DNA of 32,000 bases. Source: Nitrosopumilus ureiphilus. Its GTDB lineage: Archaea; Thermoproteota; Nitrososphaeria; Nitrososphaerales; Nitrosopumilaceae. Of the stretch, positions 16,373 through 24,212 are shown piece after piece. A model generated the notes under the pieces. The model worked only from the letters and a program-made list of their open reading frames with translations. It had not been told where the DNA came from and searched no databases. Both the position numbers and the translations under genes were made by a program. The stretch's first letter is position 1, and each line of letters starts with the position of its first letter. Location: the NCBI RefSeq assembly GCF_013407185.1, contig NZ_CP026995.1, positions 979,483-1,011,482 on the forward strand. The letters run 5' to 3'.

Positions 16373-16931
16373 CATTATTTGAATCCATTTGTGATATTCT
16401 CAAGTTTGCAAGAATCTCATTTAGAAAATCATCCTCTGGCTGATGTGCAATATCGTCCATAATTATTTTCCAACAATCCTCAATCTTTCTGTTTACCTGC
16501 GAGAACATCTTATCTTTTTTAAATGCTGGATAGTATGATAGTAACTTCATTATTCCATCTGTTGATTGCACAATGTGTATCAAGTGGATGATGGCCCTCA
16601 GTCGTTCATGGAATGAAAATTTTTCTTCATTACTAATGGTGTTGAAATTTTTTATTTCTTCAAAAACTGTTTCAATTTCTTTATGTAAACTTTTCAGTTG
16701 ATTGTTTACTGATTCGTATAGATTTATCAATTCATATTCTATGTGAGATCTACTATGGACTTTTTTCTCTATTTCTCCTGCTTCTACTAGTGCACTGATT
16801 TCTCTGTAAACAATTTTCTCATTTCCCATCTTCTCAATTACCCTCTTGGCAAGTTCAGTGCCTCGAATTTTCCCGTTTTCATTGAGAATTCTGATGATCT
16901 CTGTTCTGATAATCTGTGAATCTTTATCCAT
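16365..16931 (-). CDS. Putative winged-helix DNA-binding protein (paralog of 7909-8487)
   Basis: 188 aa. N-terminal IIRTEIIRILNENGKIRGTELAKRV...VYREISALVEAGEIEKK has a wHTH pattern. The C-terminal helical domain is colinear with 7909-8487. Confidence 0.65.
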   Translation of the reverse strand: MDKDSQIIRTEIIRILNENGKIRGTELAKRVIEKMGNEKIVYREISALVEAGEIEKKVHSRSHIEYELINLYESVNNQLKSLHKEIETVFEEIKNFNTISNEEKFSFHERLRAIIHLIHIVQSTDGIMKLLSYYPAFKKDKMFSQVNRKIEDCWKIIMDDIAHQPEDDFLNEILANLRISQMDSNNVN

Positions 16932-16945
16932 AATTTCTCCCAGGA

Positions 16946-17245
16946 TTATTTTTGATATTTTCCTAGCACTGATTTTTCCCCAATCTCATTAATCTCTCTT
17001 ATTAATAATTCCAAAATTTCTATTCCTTTTTTGATTGGTTCTTTGTCAATACTTTTCAATTCTAAATTTTTTTTGAGTACATTTTTTTCATTATTAATAA
17101 AACTCAACAAACTAACATTTCCCCCCATGTTGAGATTTATAAAAAAATCAACATATTCTGAAGGTGACTCTATTCCCATATTTCCTGATTCTTCATCTAG
17201 TATTTGTTTGAATTCAGGCAAACTAGGTTTATTTAGAATTTTCAC
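16946..17245 (-). CDS. Hypothetical protein (99 aa; GTG start)
   Basis: ORF directly upstream of the wHTH gene on the same strand. It lies only 11 nt from the divergent ORF at 17257, so one of the two starts is probably wrong. Confidence 0.45.
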   Translation of the reverse strand: MKILNKPSLPEFKQILDEESGNMGIESPSEYVDFFINLNMGGNVSLLSFINNEKNVLKKNLELKSIDKEPIKKGIEILELLIREINEIGEKSVLGKYQK

Positions 17246-17256
17246 ATCTACTGGGT

Positions 17257-17511
17257 ATGGATAGTTGTGATCGCCGCGTTCGTGCTTATAAAAATGGAAA
17301 AATATTTGATGAGTGCAAAGAGATAGCAGAATCCATGAATCCTGATTTCAAAAAATACATTGAAGAAAAAGGACGAGTTTTGTGGACTGAAATTTTAGAA
17401 AAAGTGGATCATGATGAGCTATTATACAAACTCACACTAAAGTTTCTAAGACGTGACGGCTATGATATTGGAAATCACAAAATCCCTGAAGTCAAGAAAT
17501 TCATTTCTTAG
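17257..17511 (+). CDS. Hypothetical protein (84 aa)
   Basis: ORF with an ATG start and protein-like composition. Confidence 0.5.
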   Translation: MDSCDRRVRAYKNGKIFDECKEIAESMNPDFKKYIEEKGRVLWTEILEKVDHDELLYKLTLKFLRRDGYDIGNHKIPEVKKFIS

Positions 17512-18331
17512 GATCCATTTTACAACTGCCATCTGGATTTTGTAATTTTTTTGCCATTACATATGGCGTGATGATTAAAACTGGAATTGAAATTGCAATG
17601 AAAAATGTCTGCATTTGAGTTAACGCGATTGATAGTGCTATTCCACTTGCGGTTCCAACAAAAATTGACAAAAACGTTCCTGCACATGTTGGACACGCAA
17701 TGAATAATCCCGTTGCTGCCCCTATGGTGCTCATTCCTCTACCTTTCTTTGAAATGTTGTATGCGCTTACAGCAATTGCTCCATTCAATCCAACTAGATA
17801 TGATACAATCACCTGTAAAACTAAATTTATTGGAATAATTTGTAATCCTACATGTTCTGTTAAATACACTATAATTTTTGGCATGTATCCTGGACCATCA
17901 CAGCATGGTGCAATAAACCCTGATGGAATTGTTGCGCCATAATGAATTGCAAAATTAACCTCTGGTTGATATACCAGCGTTCCTGAAACTAGTGAGAAGA
18001 ATATGCCGTATCCGATAAATATGGCAACAAAAATTCTACGTGATTTTGAATTCCAGGTGGTTAATGCGATAATTGTTGATAGATCTTTTTGATTTGCATT
18101 GACTTTTCCTTTATGATATCGATACAATCCAAAAGCAATGGCACCAAATGCAGTAACTAAAGTAATGTAAAACCCATAAGCTATTCTTTGTATTGAATCA
18201 ATTGCAGCAGGAGTAAGTAATTCTGGATCTTGATATCTTGAATAGATCAAAAACAGTATGGCTATTGTTACAAATCCTAATGTGATTAGCTTTTTCCCCT
18301 TATTCACACTTTTTTCTAGCTGCTCATCCAT
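17501..18331 (-). CDS. Polytopic membrane protein with intramembrane Cys motifs (PCCDGPG, ACPTCAG)
   Basis: 276 aa with at least six hydrophobic segments. The paired-Cys motifs sit at helix ends. The family was not recognised. Confidence 0.75.
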   Translation of the reverse strand: MDEQLEKSVNKGKKLITLGFVTIAILFLIYSRYQDPELLTPAAIDSIQRIAYGFYITLVTAFGAIAFGLYRYHKGKVNANQKDLSTIIALTTWNSKSRRIFVAIFIGYGIFFSLVSGTLVYQPEVNFAIHYGATIPSGFIAPCCDGPGYMPKIIVYLTEHVGLQIIPINLVLQVIVSYLVGLNGAIAVSAYNISKKGRGMSTIGAATGLFIACPTCAGTFLSIFVGTASGIALSIALTQMQTFFIAISIPVLIITPYVMAKKLQNPDGSCKMDPKK

Positions 18332-18453
18332 AATCTCTGATCAGATTTAATGAAATTAAATCCTATCCAATTTGTTTTCTTACTGAATCTTTGATTTGTC
18401 TTTGGTATGTAGTCACGAAATATGGGTTGCTTCAATCCAAATATCTATGAAAA

Positions 18454-19173
18454 TTATTTTGGTTCGTTTTCAATGTAAATTGCTTTTAAGACATTTGTTT
18501 TGCTAATTATGCCCCAACACCTAATTTCCCATTAATTCTAACATCTATGCCATTGATTCTATTTTATACCATTGTCTCGCATGCTACAATAAGATCTTCC
18601 TCAAAATTAACAGATTCAAAAGGTTTAGTCATTACATCCTTTGCTTGAACAGTGTTTTCAAAGCCTGATTCAGAAAAAATCTCTTTCTTGTAAAGACAAT
18701 AGATACTGCGCCATCTGAATTATCTAGAACCGCATCAGAGTTTCCTTGTTCTAATACAACATGAAATAAATCCAGAAATGTCCGAATCTCTTCTAGCTCA
18801 TTATTCTTGTTTTTTAAGAATACTCTTGAAATCTTGTTTTCAATCATTTTTGACACTATTTCTTAGAGAATCATCGGAGTTCATTGAATGTATGAAATTG
18901 TCATAATCTTCTCAACCCTATGTTTTCCAGGAATTTTTTTTAATATAATGCTCTGCAATGTTTGTTTTTGTTATTATTCCAACTATGCCCTGGAGTTTCT
19001 ACAAATGATGAGGCAAACCAATGTCTTTTTCAGTTCCCATCTCTACTGGAAAATTTTCATCCGTTACAATTAGTCTACTTGTGTTATTTTTGATTAGTAC
19101 TGAAATAACATAGGATAATAATACATTTGCTTCAATTGTGTGGATTTTTCGCAATCAAAATCAAATCAGACAA
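18454..19173 (-). pseudogene. Decayed four-CBS-domain gene
   Basis: Minus-strand fragments in shifting frames: (TTG)SDLILIAKNPH / TIEANVLLSYVISVLIKNNTSRLIVTDENFPVEMGTEKDIG / LQGIVGIITKTNIAEHYIKK / VLDNSDGAVSIVFTRK / KDVMTKPFESVNFEEDLIVACETMV* / NGKL.. / GIISKTNVLKAIYIENEPK*. These are CBS signatures broken by several frameshifts and stops. Confidence 0.65.
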
Positions 19174-19188
19174 TTAATTCCCTCTCAA

Positions 19189-19605
19189 TTATTTAATTAG
19201 ATATACGGGAATTTTGGATTTTTGAAGTACATGATTTGATACACTTCCAATCATGTCTTTTGATGCCGAACCTGAACCTGTAGTACTCATTACAATATGA
19301 TCAAATTTTCCAGCCTTTGCTGTATGTAATGTAACATAACTTGGTGATCCTCTGAGAATCTTTGTGATGAATTTTACATTCTTGTTTCCTGCACGCTTTT
19401 CTGCTTTTCTCAAAAGAATTTTTGCATCTTCTACAAGTTGTTTATCAAATGCTTTTGTTCTGGGACCTCCTTCTATTACGTGTGGGATTACATGAATGCA
19501 TGTTATTTGTCCATGTGTAAATCCTGCTAGAGTAATTGCTCTGTCTAGGGCTTCGAAGGATTTTTTTGAACCATCTAGTGGTACTAGAATTCTGTTAAGA
19601 TCCAT
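19189..19605 (-). CDS. Universal stress protein (UspA family)
   Basis: 138 aa. ILVPLDGS at the N-terminus and the ATP-binding-type motif STTGSGSASKDMIGSVSNHVL near the C-terminus. Confidence 0.85.
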   Translation of the reverse strand: MDLNRILVPLDGSKKSFEALDRAITLAGFTHGQITCIHVIPHVIEGGPRTKAFDKQLVEDAKILLRKAEKRAGNKNVKFITKILRGSPSYVTLHTAKAGKFDHIVMSTTGSGSASKDMIGSVSNHVLQKSKIPVYLIK

Positions 19606-19781
19606 ATGCTAATCCCTAAAGCAGTTCAATATTAAGATTAGATGTTATTCCCATCTTGAATATCTATTCTAATGTGAACAAGTTTGAAATAAACCCAATC
19701 AAAAAATATTTGTTCATGATGGAAAAGCAATTACAATTGATGGCGAAAAACAATCTCCGATAAACCAAAAATAATAATTTT

Positions 19782-21596
19782 TTAACTAAGTTTAGGCACA
19801 AATATGTAAATTATTGCAATGATTTCCAATCTTCCAAATATCATTAAAAATCCAAGGACGATTTTTGTTGCAGGATCTGTATCCAAATCAATAACTCCTG
19901 CTGATAATCCTCCTGTAGTAATTACTCCTGCAGCTTCAAAGAATGCATCCTGATATGATACTTGTTCACTTTCAGCAAGATGTATTCCTGTAATTGCAGA
20001 AATTATTGGAAATAACGCTAATATGATCAGAGTTGATATGATTTCTTTTTTTGTCTCTGTTGTTAATTCTGCTCTTTTTACTTTGTTTAGCAAAGATCTG
20101 ATGTGTCTCAAATGCAATAATCTAAAAATCTTCAGACCTCCTGCTGTTGAAAATCCACATCCTCCAATGAACATCAAAATTATCAATATGGTGTGTGCTC
20201 CTCCATTAAGTCCTGCAAGGCTCTCTTGTTGAAGTCCTGCAGTAGTACTGGCTGAAACAGAATAAAATGCACTTTGTAATGGATCTAATCCACTTATTGA
20301 AATGAATAAGATTGTGGCACTACCTAAAATTGCAAAATATGTTAGTACTTCTTTTCCAAGTTTTGGGGACAAGAATTTTTTTCTAACAAATGCATAGTGA
20401 AATGTAAATGGTAATGCTCCTAGAATCATTCCACCCATTAGAATTAGATGTTCTTGCCAAAGTAAACCGTCAAGAATTGTAGATGTTGGTAAAAATCCTC
20501 CAGTTGCAAGTGTACTCATCGCCAATGAGAAATTATCAATAATGTCCCCTTCTCCAAAAACATACAATAGTGTTGCAACAATAACAATGTAAATAGAAAA
20601 TATGACTGTGATGGTAAGAAATAGTTCTTTCATATGAAGTGTTCTACCTGAAATAAAACCCCGCATCGACTGTAATTTTGACTCTGGATAAAATGCTGTA
20701 ATTACCAAATATATGAAACTCATTCCTCCCACAAGCTGTGTGTAGCTACGGAAAAATGTAAAGCTCTGAGACAAGTTTTCTGGTTCTTGAAACAATGATA
20801 TCCCCCCAGTTGTAAATCCTGCCGCACTTGAAAAGAATGCATTTGAAAATGCTTCAATACTAGTTTCATGACTTGGTAGTACATACAGATATGGAACTGT
20901 GCCAAACAAAGTTAATAGAAATAGGCTAGCAAATACCAGAATTGATGCCTGCTGAAGATTAAGACTTGACTTTTCTCCATAAGAGTTCAGAAAGAATCCT
21001 GTTACAAGCAAAAGAACTGTGGTCAGATAAATCCCAGTAGCAATCACTGTATCTTCTAAAACTGTTGCAAGGATAGCTGGTACAAGTAATAACACTCCGG
21101 CAAATTGTAACACAAAACCCAGATTCCCAAGAATTGCTTTTACTGGGGGACTCAAAAGACGAGGTGGTGTAGCTGTGGCATCTCGAATTACATTTGCAAT
21201 CGCTGTCTGAAAGATCATGCCAATTACCATGTTTTTCTTTGATAGAACCGGCAATTTTCTAATGCCATTATCTCGCATTTTGTGCAGTGCATCCTGCAAT
21301 GTTGATTTTTCATTAATTGTAATCAGTGGGGTTGTCATGATGTCTTTTAGTCTGGTGGCCTCGGCGTAAACTGTGACATCGCTGACTTTTTTTAGAATGT
21401 CTTCATCCGTCACAATTCCCACTGGAAGATTATTTTCATCAGTAACAATAATGTCATCTGTTTCGTAATGTCGTAACATCCTAGCTGCTTCTCTAGTTTG
21501 AGTATTCATACTGAGTATGAGGACATCCTGGTCCATGTATTTTGTAACAGACTTGCTTAGAACATACGATACAGCACGCTCTGGATTTGTCGACAT
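19782..21596 (-). CDS. TrkH/KtrB-family cation (K+) transporter fused to an N-terminal CBS pair
   Basis: 604 aa. The first ~140 aa hold two CBS motifs (DIIVTDENNLPVGIVTDEDI; IRKLPVLSKKNMVIGMI). A membrane domain follows with four pore-loop-like GG motifs (TTGGISLF, ATGGFLPT, STAGGLKIF, TTGGLSAG). Confidence 0.85.
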   Translation of the reverse strand: MSTNPERAVSYVLSKSVTKYMDQDVLILSMNTQTREAARMLRHYETDDIIVTDENNLPVGIVTDEDILKKVSDVTVYAEATRLKDIMTTPLITINEKSTLQDALHKMRDNGIRKLPVLSKKNMVIGMIFQTAIANVIRDATATPPRLLSPPVKAILGNLGFVLQFAGVLLLVPAILATVLEDTVIATGIYLTTVLLLVTGFFLNSYGEKSSLNLQQASILVFASLFLLTLFGTVPYLYVLPSHETSIEAFSNAFFSSAAGFTTGGISLFQEPENLSQSFTFFRSYTQLVGGMSFIYLVITAFYPESKLQSMRGFISGRTLHMKELFLTITVIFSIYIVIVATLLYVFGEGDIIDNFSLAMSTLATGGFLPTSTILDGLLWQEHLILMGGMILGALPFTFHYAFVRKKFLSPKLGKEVLTYFAILGSATILFISISGLDPLQSAFYSVSASTTAGLQQESLAGLNGGAHTILIILMFIGGCGFSTAGGLKIFRLLHLRHIRSLLNKVKRAELTTETKKEIISTLIILALFPIISAITGIHLAESEQVSYQDAFFEAAGVITTGGLSAGVIDLDTDPATKIVLGFLMIFGRLEIIAIIYIFVPKLS

Positions 21597-21643
21597 TAAG
21601 CTTATCCACTGCTGTTGATTTTAAATAATTTGGGGTTAGGCAC

Positions 21644-21695
21644 GATTCTTGATCGTATAAAAATAATTTGTAATTGATCTTCTTGATTCTTGATC
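21644..21695. promoter_or_regulatory. 11-bp direct repeat GATTCTTGATC x2 in a divergent promoter region
   Basis: Exact copies at 21644-21654 and 21685-21695, between the trkH-like gene (start 21596, minus) and the DUF151 gene (start 21737, plus). Confidence 0.3.
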
Positions 21696-21736
21696 TGAAA
21701 AATTTGCTATCTTTATAAGCACTAAATCGGTAGTTT

Positions 21737-22174
21737 ATGCGTAATACGATGGAAATTGATCAAGCACAAGAGCCTGATTATGAATCTGTGAAAATTGATT
21801 ATGTTGGATTCGTTGACCCATATGCCGTTGAAGGAATGGTTGTTCTAAAAGCTGATAGTGGAAAAGAATTTCATATGAGGGCATTTTCTGGCGAAGTTGC
21901 TAGACATATCTCAAGTTTTAGTGACACTGATGGAGAATCTGCACCATCAATCTACAAGATGATTGAGGAGATCTGTGAAGAAAATGAATTGGTTTTAGTT
22001 AAAGTAAAAATTTATGAAAGCGGCGAAGTTTTACGTGCAAACCTGTATTTTACAGGCAAAAAAGATCTTGTATTACGAAATTATCGAGCATCTGATGCCA
22101 TGGCCCTAGGAGCATTTTACAACATTCCTATACTTGTTAGAAAAAATCTCCTAAAAGAAAGCATGGAAGCATAA
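21737..22174 (+). CDS. Bifunctional-nuclease-domain (DUF151/BFN) protein
   Basis: 145 aa. The C-terminal RASDAMALGAFYNIPILVRKNLL matches the conserved RPSDAIALA...PI.V motif of DUF151 proteins. A TATA-like ctttataag lies about 26 nt upstream. Confidence 0.65.
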   Translation: MRNTMEIDQAQEPDYESVKIDYVGFVDPYAVEGMVVLKADSGKEFHMRAFSGEVARHISSFSDTDGESAPSIYKMIEEICEENELVLVKVKIYESGEVLRANLYFTGKKDLVLRNYRASDAMALGAFYNIPILVRKNLLKESMEA

Positions 22175-22232
22175 ATTCTGTAATTTTCCCATAATTAGAA
22201 TAGTTTTATTCATAGCGTATTTGTAAAATTAT

Positions 22233-22451
22233 ATGAATGAGCAAGAGCAACTAATGGACAATTTACTGAATGTAGATCTTGAAATCATTGATGTTGTAAG
22301 GGAACTTAGTCAAGGAAATTGGGATTCTGATTCATTAAAAGATCAAGTTGGAGATTTACTTAAAATCCGTGATGAAATGGTACAAAAGCTAATGTCTACA
22401 CAAGGCGATGACCATCAATGTGATTGCGGGCATGACCACACCCATGAATAA
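22233..22451 (+). CDS. Small acidic protein with a Cys/His-rich tail (72 aa)
   Basis: Ends in DDHQCDCGHDHTHE, a likely metal-binding tail. No family recognised. Confidence 0.5.
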   Translation: MNEQEQLMDNLLNVDLEIIDVVRELSQGNWDSDSLKDQVGDLLKIRDEMVQKLMSTQGDDHQCDCGHDHTHE

Positions 22452-22652
22452 TTAATTTTCATCAAAAAAATTCTCTGGAAACGTTTTCTTAATTTTTGAT
22501 AATTTCAAGTGGTAGTTTTGAATTTTTAGTTCTATTTCATCCCTTTCCTTTTCTTGTGCATTTTCTTTTCTTTTCTCCAATGTTTTGATTTGGTTTGATA
22601 ATGTTTTGTACATGATGGCGTACTCTGGAAATTTTTTAGGCAGTTCTCCCAT
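22452..22652 (-). CDS. Small coiled-coil protein with an FPE motif (66 aa), paralog of 15778-16011
   Basis: YAIMYKTLSNQIKTLEKRKE...KKTFPENFFDEN is colinear with the 77-aa protein. Its stop codon abuts the stop of the convergent gene. Confidence 0.5.
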   Translation of the reverse strand: MGELPKKFPEYAIMYKTLSNQIKTLEKRKENAQEKERDEIELKIQNYHLKLSKIKKTFPENFFDEN

Positions 22653-22973
22653 TAGCTAGATTAAACATGCATCCCACTAATACTGGTTATGAAAATTTTG
22701 ATGTTTTCATCATTCTTGATAATATTTGGCTTTGGTGCAAGCATTGACAATCCTGAATCTTTGTCTCCCTCATTCTCTATGACTGTCAGTGTTGTTGATA
22801 TGCAATCTTGATTTTATTCCAAAATGCTTCATAATTCGGCAAACTCATCATCTATCAGTTATAGCTTAGTTTGTTGGTTAATCATCAGCAATCTTTCTTG
22901 TAATTTCCATGGTATATTATTATCCCATCTAAAAAATCAGAACCTTTTTGATGTGATTCAATGAGTTAATCAT

Positions 22974-23222
22974 ATGGTTAATTTTGAAAAAATCTACCAA
23001 AGAGTAGCGTCCAAAGTAATTCAAAGATGCCATGGTGCAATCAAAATTACAAAACATGGAAAAATCATCGAAGTTTATGATACCAAGCGTCATATCTGGA
23101 GTCATGGTTTAGCAGGTCTTATAATTAAAGAAGAATGCAGAAATGCAAATCTCAAGGAATGGGAATTTGCAAATGTTCGAAATTATGTCATTCAAGAATT
23201 ACTTGGAAAATCAAAAAACTAG
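22974..23222 (+). CDS. Hypothetical protein (82 aa)
   Basis: ORF only. Confidence 0.5.
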   Translation: MVNFEKIYQRVASKVIQRCHGAIKITKHGKIIEVYDTKRHIWSHGLAGLIIKEECRNANLKEWEFANVRNYVIQELLGKSKN

Positions 23223-23554
23223 TATCCTACTTTTCTAATCAGATGAGGCTCTTTTAGCATAATTATGTCATCTTTAGTTGATGATAATTCTACTTTTTTT
23301 AGATTGTGATTTGTAATTACAATTAATGCCTCGCATCTAGAACATAAAATAGTCTTTCCGTTTGATCTTTCCTCTCTAACCACGTCCTTTTCCAATCTGT
23401 CTTCTTTTTGGCAGGTTGGACAAAGTCTTGGTTCTTTTAGTATGGTGATTATCTCTTTGATGAAAATAGTTTTTCCCATATTGTATTGCTGATAAATGAC
23501 CACTAAAGAGTTTGTATTGTTAATTGGCATCAGCAATTCCATTTTGAATGTCAA
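23219..23554 (-). CDS. Zinc-ribbon protein (111 aa)
   Basis: CPTC-x23-CSRC pair of Cys knuckles in the central part. Confidence 0.55.
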   Translation of the reverse strand: MTFKMELLMPINNTNSLVVIYQQYNMGKTIFIKEIITILKEPRLCPTCQKEDRLEKDVVREERSNGKTILCSRCEALIVITNHNLKKVELSSTKDDIIMLKEPHLIRKVGY

Positions 23555-23660
23555 ACCGCTTTAATCATTCAAAATTAGAACGAATGGTATTCAGTATATT
23601 CCCAATCTAACCAATTAACAAAGTTGTACAGTTTTTACTGAAAATATATTTTTGTAATTT

Positions 23661-23801
23661 TTAAAGACATTTTTCTAAAATATCATTTACTGCTTTTGAA
23701 TAACTGCATGCTGTGGCGTCATCTTTGATCTTCTTTGCTTGAATTATTCTGATTTTTTTGTCTAGGTGATCTTGTACCATTATTGTTCTACTTTTTGGCA
23801 A
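23661..23801 (-). CDS. Ribbon-helix-helix miniprotein, 46 aa (TTG start; alternative GTG at 23834), paralog of 10586-10726
   Basis: My own translation: (M)PKSRTIMVQDHLDKKIRIIQAKKIKDDATACSYSKAVNDILEKCL*. Same length as, and colinear with, MAKRITVVLDDDTLKKLRLLQAKIIKNKNANVSFSKVINLVLTKSL. Confidence 0.5.
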   Translation of the reverse strand: MPKSRTIMVQDHLDKKIRIIQAKKIKDDATACSYSKAVNDILEKCL

Positions 23802-24010
23802 TGCATTTTTTGTAAATTGTACTATTTGAGGCACTCCTAAGTTATTTCATGTGCTAGCAACTTTGGATACGGGGTTGTGAAAATTTTTTATGCCTAGTTA
23901 GAATTTACAATATTTCATTACTTTTATTCAAAAAAATCACACTAAATGTTAAATAGTTATTTGTCTTATACTAGTTGATGTCGTTAGTTGTAAAACCTGG
24001 CGATTAGACT

Positions 24011-24104
24011 GCGCTGCCCCGCAGAACGAAAAAAGGCAATCAGACGTTTAGACGTTTGACCACGAGAGGGAATCTCTCAGTGTTCTGCAGTTAGGGGTTT
24101 GCGC
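24011..24104 (+). ncRNA. Candidate structured RNA of unknown class (strand tentative)
   Basis: GC-rich island in AT-rich DNA. Nested helices: GCGC(24011-14)/GCGC(24101-04), CCCC(24017-20)/GGGG(24094-97), GCAGAAC(24021-27)/GTTCTGC(24082-88). These enclose hairpins CAGACG/CGTTTG (24041-58) and GAGAG/CTCTC (24064-78). A TATA-like ttaaatag lies at 23950-57 and a T5 tract at 24111-15. Confidence 0.35.
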
Positions 24105-24212
24105 CTTCAATTTTTCTTTGATATTAATTTCATGATTTTCATTTCAGAAATTACAGTATGGAATTTTTGTAATTCTAAAATAAAACATCTTAACTTTGAA
24201 TGATGAAAAAGA

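Noticed and set aside
18632-19073. ORF-track entries 18632-18856 (-) and 18888-19073 (+) as independent genes
   Set aside because: The first is one fragment of the frameshifted CBS pseudogene. The second is antisense to another fragment of the same pseudogene and is Phe/Cys-rich nonsense.
23975-24120. Known-class assignments for the GC-rich element: tRNA, 5S rRNA, C/D or H/ACA sRNA, RNase P fragment, or a ZTP (AICAR-sensing) riboswitch tied to purP
   Set aside because: There is no T-loop (GTTCRAnnC) or cloverleaf. Length and motifs do not fit 5S. There is no RUGAUGA/CUGA pair and no ACA box. GCAGAAC alone does not make an RNase P core, since GGAAAGTCC is absent. Only a CCTGGCG fragment resembles the ZTP motif, the 3' CCGCCTGGGC pseudoknot part is absent, and the element lies downstream of purP, not upstream.
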